Shown here: piece after piece, positions 1 to 9,624 of the stretch
How positions within the stretch are numbered: position 1 is the stretch's first letter
Layout: every line of letters begins with the position of its first letter
Source: Sulfolobus acidocaldarius DSM 639
GTDB taxonomy: Archaea; Thermoproteota; Thermoprotei_A; Sulfolobales; Sulfolobaceae
DNA: 32,000 nt
Direction: 5' to 3'
Assembly (NCBI RefSeq): GCF_000012285.1
Contig: NC_007181.1
Location: forward strand, 150,001-182,000
Notes under the pieces: generated by a model
Told to the model about the DNA's origin: nothing
Databases searched by the model: none
The model's input: the letters and a program-made list of their open reading frames with translations, nothing else
Translations under genes and position numbers: made by a program

Positions 1-1
1 C

Positions 2-559
2 TATGGCGTTTCTGAGGAGGCTAGAGTCATTGGAGCTGTGAACACTATTCATAACCTAAATGGTTACAATACTGACTACATAGCCATTTACAATTTGATA
101 AAGGAGAAGCTAATTGATAAACCTTCAATATGCACAGTTTTTGGAGCTGGTGGTGCAGGGAGGGCTAGTATATACGCATTATTGAAATTAGGCTGTGAGG
201 TTTATGTAATAAATAGATCATTAGAAAGGGCTCAATCCCTAGAGAAAGATTTTAAAGAATTTGGTTATGATATTAAGATAATTTCTTCCTGTAAACCTGG
301 AGATATAATAGTTAACGCTACTCCAAATTCTAGTTACGTTCCAGACGAATGCATAAAGGGAAAACTTGTTGTAGATCTAGTTTATAATCCTGTAAAGACT
401 CCACTTATATTAAAGGCTGAAAAAACAGGTATAAGATCAATAAATGGTCTAGAGATTTTGGTACGTCAGGCAATGGAGGCTGAAAGGATTTGGTTTGGTA
501 AATCGTTAAGTGATGAAGAGGTGGTGAAGTTCTTATATGCCAGGAAACTCGTTAGGTAA
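2..559 (+). CDS. aroE: Shikimate 5-dehydrogenase, C-terminal part (5' end lies outside the window)
   Basis: The frame is open upstream of the track's GTG at 38 and encodes [25 protein letters not shown], the AroE IGAVNTI...G.NTD motif. It continues with [15 protein letters not shown] (NADP-binding) and NATP. Confidence 0.93.
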   Translation, partial: YGVSEEARVIGAVNTIHNLNGYNTDYIAIYNLIKEKLIDKPSICTVFGAGGAGRASIYALLKLGCEVYVINRSLERAQSLEKDFKEFGYDIKIISSCKPGDIIVNATPNSSYVPDECIKGKLVVDLVYNPVKTPLILKAEKTGIRSINGLEILVRQAMEAERIWFGKSLSDEEVVKFLYARKLVR

Positions 560-560
560 G

Positions 561-1712
561 ATGTTTAGAATTACGACATTTGGAGAGAGTCATGGTCCAA
601 TGATAGGTGTGATTGTGGACGGCGTTCCTGCAGGACTTTACATAAGTAAGGAGGATATCGAGTTTGAATTGAGTTTTCGAAGACCAGGTAAGCAATTCGT
701 TAGCGGAAGGAGGGAGAAGGATGAGCCTGAAATTGTCAGCGGGGTTTATAATGGTAGAACCACAGGTGCCCCGCTAACTATCATTATTAGAAATAATGAT
801 GTGATCTCCTCACTATATGAGGAAGTTAAACATAAACCCAGACCAGGACATGCAGACTTACCGTATATCATGAAATACGGTTATGAGAATTGGGACTATA
901 GGGGAGGAGGGAGATCGAGTGCAAGGGAGACCGCATCTAGAGTAGCAGCCTCTGCAATAGCCAAGAAATTACTCATGTTAACTGATACTGTGATAGGTGC
1001 ACATCTGAAGTCTTTGGGTCCAGTGGAACTTGATGAAGATGTTTCCTTCAGGGAGATATTCTGTTCTAAGTACAGCCCCGTAAGGGCAAGTAAGAAATGG
1101 CTTGAAGAGAAGTACGAGGAACTGATCAAACAAGCTACAGTTGAAGGAGATAGTTGGGGAGGAGTTGCTGAAGTTATTGCGGATAATGTGCCGATAGGTT
1201 TGGGTGAGCCAGTTTTTGATAAACTGAAGTCTGATTTAGCTAAGGCTTTACTTTCAATACCTGCAGTTGTTGGTTTTGAGTATGGGTTAGGATTTAAAGC
1301 AAGTAAAATGAAGGGTAGTGAGGCAAACGATGAAATAGTTATTAAGGATAATGGGAAACTGGGATGGAGATACAATAAGGCAGGAGGTATATTAGGTGGT
1401 CTTTCAAATGGCGAGAAATTAGTTTTGAGATGTGCATTTAAGCCTACTAGTTCAATAAGAAAACCACAGAAAACTGTAGATTTACGTACCTCTGAAGAGT
1501 CTACTATTCGTGTGATAGGTAGGCATGATCCTGCGGTAGCAATAAGAGGTGTCTCTGTGGCTGAGGCAATGGTTGCCTTAGTGTTAGTGGATCATGCACT
1601 TAGATCTGGTTATATTCCACCTGTAAAATTGAGTGAAGATCAAGCTAGGATTATAGAGGAGAAATGGAGGAGGTATGTAGAGGAATGCAAACCTATGCAG
1701 GAATCTCAGTAG
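561..1712 (+). CDS. aroC: Chorismate synthase; probable start is ATG 561 ([12 protein letters not shown]), not 537
   Basis: [62 protein letters not shown] and [18 protein letters not shown] motifs. Confidence 0.97.
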   Translation: MFRITTFGESHGPMIGVIVDGVPAGLYISKEDIEFELSFRRPGKQFVSGRREKDEPEIVSGVYNGRTTGAPLTIIIRNNDVISSLYEEVKHKPRPGHADLPYIMKYGYENWDYRGGGRSSARETASRVAASAIAKKLLMLTDTVIGAHLKSLGPVELDEDVSFREIFCSKYSPVRASKKWLEEKYEELIKQATVEGDSWGGVAEVIADNVPIGLGEPVFDKLKSDLAKALLSIPAVVGFEYGLGFKASKMKGSEANDEIVIKDNGKLGWRYNKAGGILGGLSNGEKLVLRCAFKPTSSIRKPQKTVDLRTSEESTIRVIGRHDPAVAIRGVSVAEAMVALVLVDHALRSGYIPPVKLSEDQARIIEEKWRRYVEECKPMQESQ

Positions 1713-2470
1713 TAAACGCATTGCCAGGCTGGTACGGTTCATCAATGGCAATTGACTTAAAGGTAGAGGTGAAAGTCAGTGAGACTGAGTACTGTGAGAG
1801 TCAAGATATATTGATAGATACTATAATTCAATTCTTCAGACAAAAGTACAACCTACCTTGTATGAAGGCTGAAATAAACTCAGAGATTCCTCCAAAAGGA
1901 GGTTTGAAAAGCAGTAGTGCTGTTTCCACTGCGTTAATAGCTGAAATTATGAGAAGGTATAAGATAAAAGATGTCGATCCACCAAAATTATCCGCAATAC
2001 TGTCACTAAAGGCAGGCGTGAGTTATACTGGAGCTTATGATGACGCTACATCCTCATATTATGGAGGGGTTACATTCACCTTTAATAAGGAATTCCAGTT
2101 AATTGAAATAAAAGAGCCACCTGATATCTCAGTAGTTTTACTCCCTAGAGGAAACAGACAGGTTAAAATTGATCTCAACCATTTAAAGAGATATGCTGGT
2201 CTATTCCAGGAAATATTCAATGTCGCAAGAAAAGACATAATTACGGGTATGAGGCTTAACGGAATTGCTATGGCTGAGATATTAGGTTATGACACTTCTC
2301 CCATAAAGCAAGCTTTAAAGGGCGGAGCATTAGCTTCTGGTATATCTGGTAATGGACCGTCGATTTTTGCTGTAACAAAACCAGGAGACGAGGGTAAGGT
2401 AATCGATATTTTCTCGAATTTTGGAGAGGTATTAGTAACTAGGGTGGTTGAGCCACGATCACTAGAATAA
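1685..2470 (+). CDS. aroK: Archaeal-type (GHMP superfamily) shikimate kinase; track ORF starts at 1664, ATG 1685 is more likely
   Basis: [20 protein letters not shown] phosphate-binding loop and [19 protein letters not shown]; positioned between aroC and aroA. Confidence 0.9.
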   Translation: MQTYAGISVVNALPGWYGSSMAIDLKVEVKVSETEYCESQDILIDTIIQFFRQKYNLPCMKAEINSEIPPKGGLKSSSAVSTALIAEIMRRYKIKDVDPPKLSAILSLKAGVSYTGAYDDATSSYYGGVTFTFNKEFQLIEIKEPPDISVVLLPRGNRQVKIDLNHLKRYAGLFQEIFNVARKDIITGMRLNGIAMAEILGYDTSPIKQALKGGALASGISGNGPSIFAVTKPGDEGKVIDIFSNFGEVLVTRVVEPRSLE

Positions 2471-3684
2471 ATAAGTCCAAAATCTCAGGGATCATAAAGG
2501 CTCCTCAGTCTAAGAGCCTCGCAATAAGACTAATACTGTACTCGCTACTATCTAATGTTATCCTAAATAACCTTTCCCTGTCTGAGGACACTAAAGTTGC
2601 TATAGACGTGGTAAAGGACATTGGAGTAAATGTGAGTGATAATCTTAGCCTTAAGAAAGGTGAAAAATTAAGAGTACCGCAATACCTGAATTTTGGCGGT
2701 TCTGCTACCACCCTAAGAATGATGATACCTATTTTATCAGTTTTGGGAGGAGAGGTGGTTTTAGACGGGAATGAAAGTCTAAGGAGGAGACCTATAACCG
2801 CGATAGTGGAAGCCCTAGCGGGGCAAATAAGATTTTCATCAAATTATCTTCCAGTTACAATGACTGGAAAACTAAAGGAAAATTATGTGAGGATAAGGGG
2901 AGATGAGAGCAGTCAGTACATCTCTGGGTTTATATATGCCTTCTCCTTGGTGAACGGTGGGGATATCGAGATTATCCCCCCGTTGTCTTCTAAGAGCTAT
3001 ATACATATGACTATTGATTTGATCAATGCACTCGGTGGTAGTGTGAAGTTTACTGGAAACAGGATTAGGGTAGAAAGGGGGGAGTTTAGAGACTTTAGAG
3101 GAGATGTTCCAGGAGACTATGCATTAGCTTCATTTTATGCTATTGCCTCTGCAATAACTGGAGGAGAGATTCAAATTAAGGGACTCTATTCTCCTCCATA
3201 TTACGATGGCGATCACAGCATTGTAAAAATAATTAAGAATATGGGTGTAGACTCTAGAGTCGAGGGTAACTCATGGATTGTTTCAGGGAACGGAATTATA
3301 AAGGGAATAAAAGTGGATGTGGACGATATGCCTGACCTTGCACCATCTATAGCTTGTATTGCACCCTTTGCTACCTCAGAGACTGAAATTACTGGAATTA
3401 AGAGATTGAGAATTAAGGAGAGTGACAGGGTAAGTACAATAAAATCCACCCTGGAGGCTTTTTCAGGTAATGTGGTTGTCGATACAGATTTTATTAAGAT
3501 ATTTCCGTCAAAGTTAACTGAGGGTAGTATAATATGTCCCAATGATCACAGAATAGCAATGATGGCAGGAGTGATATCCCTGAGGACAGGAGGTACTGTT
3601 GAAAACGCTCAATGTGTGAATAAGAGTAATCCTAGTTTCTGGTTAGACTTAATTAGTTTAGGTGGTGATATACATTTCACCTAA
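2467..3684 (+). CDS. aroA: 3-phosphoshikimate 1-carboxyvinyltransferase (EPSP synthase); 5' boundary uncertain because no ATG/GTG/TTG precedes the conserved N-terminus
   Basis: In-frame translation upstream of the track's GTG 2608 gives [53 protein letters not shown], the canonical EPSPS N-terminus. Downstream: GGSATTLRMM, GNESLRRRPI, IKESDRVSTI, DHRIAMMAGV. Confidence 0.9.
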   Translation: MNKSKISGIIKAPQSKSLAIRLILYSLLSNVILNNLSLSEDTKVAIDVVKDIGVNVSDNLSLKKGEKLRVPQYLNFGGSATTLRMMIPILSVLGGEVVLDGNESLRRRPITAIVEALAGQIRFSSNYLPVTMTGKLKENYVRIRGDESSQYISGFIYAFSLVNGGDIEIIPPLSSKSYIHMTIDLINALGGSVKFTGNRIRVERGEFRDFRGDVPGDYALASFYAIASAITGGEIQIKGLYSPPYYDGDHSIVKIIKNMGVDSRVEGNSWIVSGNGIIKGIKVDVDDMPDLAPSIACIAPFATSETEITGIKRLRIKESDRVSTIKSTLEAFSGNVVVDTDFIKIFPSKLTEGSIICPNDHRIAMMAGVISLRTGGTVENAQCVNKSNPSFWLDLISLGGDIHFT

Positions 3685-4324
3685 GCTCGTTGTAGCCTTA
3701 CCTGTCAAGGAATTAAAAGATTTAAATAGAATTGAATTGCTTATAAACGACGTTGACTTAGTAGAACTTAGGCTAGATTATCTTAGCAAATTTGACGTTG
3801 ATATTCTAGACTTGTTCTCAAAATACAAGGAAAAGTTGATTATAACCCTAAGGGATAAGGACGAAGGAGGAGTAAATTATATAGATCCTGCTTTTAAGGC
3901 TAACTTTGTCAGACGTATGGAAAGAGAGAAATTTATGTATGATATTGAGGCAAGATTTGCATTAAGATATCAAGTTAATGTTAAAGACAAGATAGTTTCA
4001 ATTCATTATTTCGATAATCTGCCTGAGTTTACAGAGGTAAAGGAAATTTTTGATAAATTTGATGAAGCATATCTTAGAAAAATAGCTGTAATAGCTAAGA
4101 GAGGTTATAGGGAACTTTTGATGAGAGTTCTTGATAATTACGATAATGCAGTTGTTATGCCTATGGGTGTTAATGGAGTAGAGAGAATAGCCTTCTCTCT
4201 TCTGGGATCTAAGTTGATATATGCCCATGCTGGCGAAGAAACTGCTAAAGGGCAGTTACATTATAAGGATGTGAGAAGAATCTTAAATCAACTTTCCACA
4301 ATTATGTCTTCACCATCAACCTGA
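3662..4324 (+). CDS. aroD: Type I 3-dehydroquinate dehydratase
   Basis: VELRLDYL, LIITLRDKDEGG and GYRELL...GVERIAFSLLGSKLIYA match type I dehydroquinase; last gene of the aro cluster, overlapping aroA by 23 nt. Confidence 0.9.
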   Translation: MVIYISPKLVVALPVKELKDLNRIELLINDVDLVELRLDYLSKFDVDILDLFSKYKEKLIITLRDKDEGGVNYIDPAFKANFVRRMEREKFMYDIEARFALRYQVNVKDKIVSIHYFDNLPEFTEVKEIFDKFDEAYLRKIAVIAKRGYRELLMRVLDNYDNAVVMPMGVNGVERIAFSLLGSKLIYAHAGEETAKGQLHYKDVRRILNQLSTIMSSPST

Positions 4325-4590
4325 ACGCGGTATAGTTTCAATGGTTTCTTGGTTGCTCCTTTGATTGCTCTTCCGTCATTAATGGAGAAGTGTGTGAAAT
4401 GGCATTGACATACTAATTCTTCTCTAATCACTACGCCTACTTTGTACAGGTCGCAACCCAGGTGAGGGCATCTACTTTGGAATGCGTAATACTTTCCTCC
4501 TCCCAGGTAAAGTAAAATTACTTCCTCATTTCCAATGGTTACTTTTTTCTTTTCACCTGGTTTTAGTTCAGAACGCTTAATCCTTAACAT
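4288..4590 (-). CDS. Rieske-type [2Fe-2S] ferredoxin-like protein
   Basis: CPHLGCDL...CQCHFTHFSINDG matches C-x-H...C-x2-H Rieske ligands; about 100 aa. Confidence 0.85.
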   Translation of the reverse strand: MLRIKRSELKPGEKKKVTIGNEEVILLYLGGGKYYAFQSRCPHLGCDLYKVGVVIREELVCQCHFTHFSINDGRAIKGATKKPLKLYRVQVDGEDIIVES

Positions 4591-4606
4591 CTTCTTACTG
4601 GAAATT

Positions 4607-4614
4607 TATAAACA
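4607..4614 (-). promoter_or_regulatory. Candidate TATA box for the Rieske-like gene
   Basis: TTTATAAA about 17-24 nt upstream of the ATG at 4590, consistent with a leaderless archaeal promoter. Confidence 0.5.
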
Positions 4615-4683
4615 CGCTGGCTAATTAAAACATTAATACTGAATATTAAGCATCTAGTATTGTTTTTTATATATTCCACCTAA

Positions 4684-4743
4684 CTTTATATGCAATTAGT
4701 TTATAATGTTAAAAAGATATAATATATCTTAGGTAAAGGAGTG
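4684..4743 (+). promoter_or_regulatory. Candidate promoter and Shine-Dalgarno for the 96-aa ORF/XPD unit
   Basis: CTTTATATG (TATA-like) at 4684, then AAAGGAGTG ending at 4743, 7 nt before ATG 4751. Confidence 0.4.
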
Positions 4744-4750
4744 AAAAAAT

Positions 4751-5041
4751 ATGAGTAGTACTGAGGAAAAAGTGTTAGAGAAACTTGATTACAGAATCCT
4801 TGAGATTAATAATATTTCAAGATCAGCGGATGTCAGCTGTATAATAATAACCAACAGACCACCTGCAAGTGAAATTATTGAGGATATTAAAAAGACAGTG
4901 AATGTTTTATCAGTTTTTTCGTTTTTGTCTACTATAAAGGCGAAAGGTAAAGTCAAGGATTTCATTGAATTGGCTAATAAAGATTATGTTAAGTTCATTA
5001 TGTTAGATGAAGTTTTAGTCAAGCTTGAAGAATTAATGTAA
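4751..5041 (+). CDS. Uncharacterised 96-aa protein translationally coupled to XPD
   Basis: Complete ORF with SD-like GGAGTG; stop overlaps the next start (TAATG). Confidence 0.75.
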   Translation: MSSTEEKVLEKLDYRILEINNISRSADVSCIIITNRPPASEIIEDIKKTVNVLSVFSFLSTIKAKGKVKDFIELANKDYVKFIMLDEVLVKLEELM

Positions 5042-6696
5042 TGTTGAAACTCAGGGATTGGCAAGAAAAATTAAAGGACAAAGTTATAGAAGGACTTAGA
5101 AATAATTTTTTGGTTGCCTTAAATGCTCCCACTGGTAGTGGGAAGACTCTATTTTCCCTTTTAGTTTCTTTAGAGGTTAAACCGAAAGTATTGTTCGTAG
5201 TCAGAACACATAATGAGTTTTACCCAATCTACAGAGACTTAACTAAAATTCGAGAGAAGAGAAATATCACTTTTTCTTTTCTTGTAGGTAAACCCTCATC
5301 ATGTTTATACGCTGAGAAGGGAGCAGAGAGCGAAGATATTCCATGCAAATATTGTGAGCTTAAAGGCTCTATAGTCGAGGTAAAGACCGATGACTCTCCA
5401 TTGTCCTTAGTGAAGAAGTTGAAGAAAGACGGACTTCAGGATAAATTCTGCCCCTACTACTCATTACTCAATTCATTATATAAGGCAGACGTTATAGCCC
5501 TAACTTATCCATATTTCTTTATAGATCGTTATAGGGAATTTATTGATATAGATTTAAGGGAATATATGATAGTCATAGACGAGGCTCATAACTTAGATAA
5601 GGTAAACGAGCTTGAAGAAAGGAGTCTAAGTGAGATTACGATTCAAATGGCGATAAAACAAAGTAAAAGTGAAGAGAGCAGAAGAATATTAAGTAAACTG
5701 TTAAATCAGCTTAGAGAAGTTGTCTTACCTGATGAGAAATACATCAAAGTGGAGAATGTTCCTAAGTTATCAAAGGAGGAACTGGAAATCTTAGCTGATG
5801 ATTATGAAGATATTAGAAAAGACAGTTTAAAGCAAGGCAAGGTAAATAAAATCCATATAGGTTCTATTCTGAGGTTTTTCTCTCTACTGTCTATAGGCTC
5901 ATTTATTCCCTTTTCATATTCTAAGAGACTAGTTATTAAAAACCCAGAAATATCTTATTATCTAAATCTACTTAATGATAACGAATTGTCAATAATTTTA
6001 ATGTCTGGTACATTACCGCCTAGGGAATACATGGAGAAGGTTTGGGGTATAAAGAGAAATATGTTATACCTTGATGTAGAAAGGGAAATACAAAAGAGGG
6101 TTTCTGGTTCTTACGAGTGTTACATTGGTGTCGACGTTACCTCTAAGTATGATATGAGAAGTGACAATATGTGGAAGAGATATGCTGACTATCTTCTAAA
6201 AATATACTTTCAGGCTAAGGCAAATGTTTTGGTAGTATTTCCGTCATACGAGATAATGGATAGGGTTATGTCTAGGATTTCATTACCTAAGTATGTTGAA
6301 AGTGAAGACTCTTCAGTAGAGGATCTATACTCTGCAATATCTGCAAATAATAAAGTCCTGATAGGGAGTGTAGGAAAAGGAAAATTAGCCGAAGGCATAG
6401 AATTAAGGAACAATGATAGAAGTTTGATTTCTGATGTGGTAATTGTGGGTATACCTTACCCACCACCTGATGATTACTTGAAAATTTTAGCCCAAAGGGT
6501 TTCATTGAAGATGAATAGGGAAAATGAGGAGTTTTTGTTTAAGATTCCAGCTTTAGTTACAATAAAACAGGCTATAGGAAGGGCTATTCGTGATGTAAAT
6601 GACAAGTGTAATGTATGGCTTTTGGACAAGCGTTTCGAGTCCCTTTATTGGAAGAAAAATCTAAAATGTTTGAATGCGAATAAAATGAAGCTATGA
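5041..6696 (+). CDS. xpd: XPD/Rad3-family Fe-S DNA helicase
   Basis: Walker A NAPTGSGKT, DEAH box VIDEAHNLD, Fe-S cysteines in CLYAEKG...CKYCELK...CPYY, and QAIGRAIRD motif VI. Confidence 0.97.
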   Translation: MLKLRDWQEKLKDKVIEGLRNNFLVALNAPTGSGKTLFSLLVSLEVKPKVLFVVRTHNEFYPIYRDLTKIREKRNITFSFLVGKPSSCLYAEKGAESEDIPCKYCELKGSIVEVKTDDSPLSLVKKLKKDGLQDKFCPYYSLLNSLYKADVIALTYPYFFIDRYREFIDIDLREYMIVIDEAHNLDKVNELEERSLSEITIQMAIKQSKSEESRRILSKLLNQLREVVLPDEKYIKVENVPKLSKEELEILADDYEDIRKDSLKQGKVNKIHIGSILRFFSLLSIGSFIPFSYSKRLVIKNPEISYYLNLLNDNELSIILMSGTLPPREYMEKVWGIKRNMLYLDVEREIQKRVSGSYECYIGVDVTSKYDMRSDNMWKRYADYLLKIYFQAKANVLVVFPSYEIMDRVMSRISLPKYVESEDSSVEDLYSAISANNKVLIGSVGKGKLAEGIELRNNDRSLISDVVIVGIPYPPPDDYLKILAQRVSLKMNRENEEFLFKIPALVTIKQAIGRAIRDVNDKCNVWLLDKRFESLYWKKNLKCLNANKMKL

Positions 6697-7496
6697 GTAA
6701 AGTAGAGATTTTTACGCATAAGACTTGTACTGAGTGCGGTATTTTAATGGAATTTCTAGAGAGAAATAAACTTCTAGGAAAAGTGACCATAATAGACACA
6801 GAACTATATCCATTTTTAGCATTCGAGAGAGGAGTGATCTCAACTCCCTCAATATTCGTTGACGGTAAACTAGTGTATGCTGGAGTAGTTGATTATGACG
6901 AGCTCCTGAAAATACTGCAAGATAAAAAGGTTATTGTGGAGGTAAATAAGGACGAATTGGTAAATAAACTGATGTTTGGCGTAGTTAATTCGTTTGCAGC
7001 TACAGCCTGGCTTTATGTAAATAGAGATTTTGATGCTTTGATGGCTCAAAAGGACTTTGTCTTGGCTGTTACAGGTTTATCACTCGTTGATGACAAAAGT
7101 GCTGATGAGTATTATACATATCTCAGAAATATAATTGTGAAGGAAGGGGAGAAATATGTTGACGAGTGGAAAGAGAAGATGTTAAGAGTTATTGCTACTA
7201 ATTTCATCAGAGAACTTTACTTACTCTATAGGAAAAAGCTAAGTGATGAAGAGATTATGAGGAAATATCCGTTGGAAGTCTTTGCCCATTGGCTAATGAT
7301 CAGAGGAGGGGCTGTGGGCAGGGTAGGTCTAAGAATTCATCCTCTCTCCGATAATCAAGTGTTAGAGAAGATCAGTGAGGTTTACGTTTATACATTGTCT
7401 AATGCAAAACAATTGTGGGATAAAGTGATAAAAGAACAGGAAGAGCTGGCGAAGAAAAGTGCTTTATATGAGCAGGCAAGATTCATAAGTATATAA
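6693..7496 (+). CDS. Thioredoxin/glutaredoxin-like N-terminal domain (CTEC) fused to an uncharacterised, probably alpha-helical C-terminal domain
   Basis: VEIFTHKTCTECGILMEFLE...GVISTPSIFVDGKLVYAG thioredoxin fold with cis-Pro region; starts in an ATGA overlap with the xpd stop. Confidence 0.8.
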   Translation: MSKVEIFTHKTCTECGILMEFLERNKLLGKVTIIDTELYPFLAFERGVISTPSIFVDGKLVYAGVVDYDELLKILQDKKVIVEVNKDELVNKLMFGVVNSFAATAWLYVNRDFDALMAQKDFVLAVTGLSLVDDKSADEYYTYLRNIIVKEGEKYVDEWKEKMLRVIATNFIRELYLLYRKKLSDEEIMRKYPLEVFAHWLMIRGGAVGRVGLRIHPLSDNQVLEKISEVYVYTLSNAKQLWDKVIKEQEELAKKSALYEQARFISI

Positions 7497-7511
7497 AAGG
7501 TGATAATAATT

Positions 7512-7739
7512 ATGAGTCAACAGTTAAGACTGGATTTAAGAGGAAAGAGTTGCGACGAATATATCTTGGAGATCTCAAAGGTACTGGTTAACATGAAACC
7601 TGGTGACATACTGAACATAATAGCTGATAAGGATAGGATAATGTGCACGCATCAGTTACTTAGAAATGCACCGAGATACTTATTTAAGGGAGACGTTGTA
7701 GATGACCACGCTGAGATATCCATAAGGAGGCTAAGATGA
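7512..7739 (+). CDS. TusA/SirA-like sulfur-carrier family protein; track start is 7500, ATG 7512 likely
   Basis: [35 protein letters not shown] resembles the TusA fold signature, though the usual CPxP is replaced by CDEY. Confidence 0.6.
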   Translation: MSQQLRLDLRGKSCDEYILEISKVLVNMKPGDILNIIADKDRIMCTHQLLRNAPRYLFKGDVVDDHAEISIRRLR

Positions 7740-7808
7740 TTAGGTCATAAATTTGTTGTTATTGTTAGATAGTAATAATTTTCATGTTAAAACCTATTTC
7801 TAATCAAA

Positions 7809-7816
7809 ATATTTAA
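7809..7816 (+). promoter_or_regulatory. Candidate TATA box for the SOD gene
   Basis: ATATTTAA about 24-31 nt upstream of ATG 7840. Confidence 0.4.
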
Positions 7817-7839
7817 TCCACCATTGGCTATTTGTTTGT

Positions 7840-8475
7840 ATGACCCAAGTTATTCAGTTAAAAAGATATGAATTTCCACAACTTCCATACAAAGTAGATG
7901 CATTAGAACCCTATATCAGCAAAGATATAATAGATGTCCACTATAACGGACACCATAAGGGATATGTTAATGGTGCAAACTCCCTTCTAGATAGATTAGA
8001 GAAATTGATTAAGGGCGACCTACCTCAAGGACAATACGATCTACAGGGCATATTGAGGGGTTTAACATTCAATATTAACGGTCACAAATTACACGCAATA
8101 TATTGGAATAACATGGCTCCTGCTGGTAAGGGAGGAGGAAAGCCTGGTGGTGCTTTAGCTGACCTGATCAATAAACAATATGGAAGCTTCGACAGGTTTA
8201 AACAGGTATTTAGTGAATCAGCCAATAGTTTACCTGGATCTGGCTGGACTGTACTATATTATGATAACGAGTCCGGTAACCTACAGATAATGACAGTGGA
8301 GAACCACTTCATGAATCATATTGCGGAGTTGCCAGTGATCTTGATAGTAGACGAGTTTGAACATGCATATTATCTTCAGTACAAGAACAAGAGAGGAGAC
8401 TACCTGAACGCCTGGTGGAATGTAGTAAACTGGGACGATGCCGAAAAGAGATTACAGAAGTATCTAAATAAGTAA
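7840..8475 (+). CDS. sod: Superoxide dismutase (Fe/Mn family)
   Basis: [74 protein letters not shown]. Confidence 0.96.
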   Translation: MTQVIQLKRYEFPQLPYKVDALEPYISKDIIDVHYNGHHKGYVNGANSLLDRLEKLIKGDLPQGQYDLQGILRGLTFNINGHKLHAIYWNNMAPAGKGGGKPGGALADLINKQYGSFDRFKQVFSESANSLPGSGWTVLYYDNESGNLQIMTVENHFMNHIAELPVILIVDEFEHAYYLQYKNKRGDYLNAWWNVVNWDDAEKRLQKYLNK

Positions 8476-8507
8476 GTTTATTTTACTGTTTTTTCCTAAA
8501 TTATATA

Positions 8508-9587
8508 ATGGTATCTGCTATAGTTCTTGCAGGTGGATACGCAACTAGACTAAGACCATTAAGCTTAACAAAACCTAAAGCACTTCTTCCTGTACTAGGA
8601 AAACCATTAATGGACTATACACTCTACTCTCTAGCATCTTCAGACGTTGATACGATATATCTCTCCTTGAGGGTCATGGCTGATAAAGTTCTCGACCATG
8701 TTAAGCAGTTAAACTTACAGAAAAACATAGTTTCCGTTATAGAGGAGAGTAGGCTAGGAGATGCTGGTCCACTCAAATTCATAAATTCAAAGTATAACCT
8801 ATCTGATGACGTGATAGTGGTTTATGGAGACATATATGCTGAGATAGATTTCAATAAATTATTAGAATATCATCAGAGTAAAGGCTGTAATGCAACACTT
8901 ACAGCTACTCAAGTGGAGGATCCCTCTAGGTATGGCGTATTAATAACAGATGGTCATAGATTAATTCAGATTATAGAAAAACCCAAAACTCCATTAAGCA
9001 ACTTAGTAAATGCTGGAATATATGTATTTAAAAAAGAGTTATTAAACAAGATAGACGGCTTGTCTATAAGCAGAGACTTTTTACCGAAATTGTTGGTTTC
9101 TGATACCTGTGTATCAGTATATCCATATAAGGGGTTGTGGATGGACATAGGAGTTCCCAGGGACTATATGAGAATAAACCTAGAACTGTTGACACTAAAA
9201 TATCCAAAAGGGTTCATCTCACAAAGTGCTAAGGTAAGTGAGAAAGCAGAACTATTTCCCCCATTTTACATAGGCGATAATACGACCGTGGGTGAAGGCT
9301 CAAGTATTAGGAATTCGATAATCGGAGTAAATAACAGGATAGGGAATGGTAGCTGTGTCGAGGAGAGTATACTGATGAATGATGTGATGTTAGGTGATTT
9401 CTCTCTTATCAAGGAAAGTGTAATTGGTGATGAGGTAAGTCTAGGTAAATGGAATAGAGTAGATGGGGCAATAATCGGTGATGGCGTTTTAATACATGAT
9501 CAGGTGTTCATAAACAGGGATACAATAATATTGCCCGATAAGGAAGTTGCTGAGTCGGTATACGATAAAGGGAAAATAATACTTTGA
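8508..9587 (+). CDS. Sugar-phosphate nucleotidyltransferase with C-terminal left-handed beta-helix
   Basis: AIVLAGGYATRLRPLSLTKPKALLPVLGKPLMDY nucleotidyltransferase motif, plus hexapeptide-like repeats (IGDNTTVGEGSSIRNSIIG..). Confidence 0.9.
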   Translation: MVSAIVLAGGYATRLRPLSLTKPKALLPVLGKPLMDYTLYSLASSDVDTIYLSLRVMADKVLDHVKQLNLQKNIVSVIEESRLGDAGPLKFINSKYNLSDDVIVVYGDIYAEIDFNKLLEYHQSKGCNATLTATQVEDPSRYGVLITDGHRLIQIIEKPKTPLSNLVNAGIYVFKKELLNKIDGLSISRDFLPKLLVSDTCVSVYPYKGLWMDIGVPRDYMRINLELLTLKYPKGFISQSAKVSEKAELFPPFYIGDNTTVGEGSSIRNSIIGVNNRIGNGSCVEESILMNDVMLGDFSLIKESVIGDEVSLGKWNRVDGAIIGDGVLIHDQVFINRDTIILPDKEVAESVYDKGKIIL

Positions 9588-9624
9588 GCAAGGACTCCCC
9601 TTTTAATCTCAGTAGAATTTGTCA

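Noticed and set aside
38-559. Track start of the first ORF as the true aroE start
   Set aside because: The upstream in-frame residues [12 protein letters not shown] complete the AroE motif, so GTG 38 is an internal valine codon.
896-1375. 159-aa minus-strand ORF
   Set aside because: Antisense to aroC, low-complexity Ser/Pro/Leu-rich translation typical of a shadow ORF.
3213-3542. 109-aa minus-strand ORF
   Set aside because: Lies entirely within aroA on the opposite strand; no start context or recognisable motif.
3998-4228. 76-aa minus-strand ORF inside aroD
   Set aside because: Shadow of a confident CDS.
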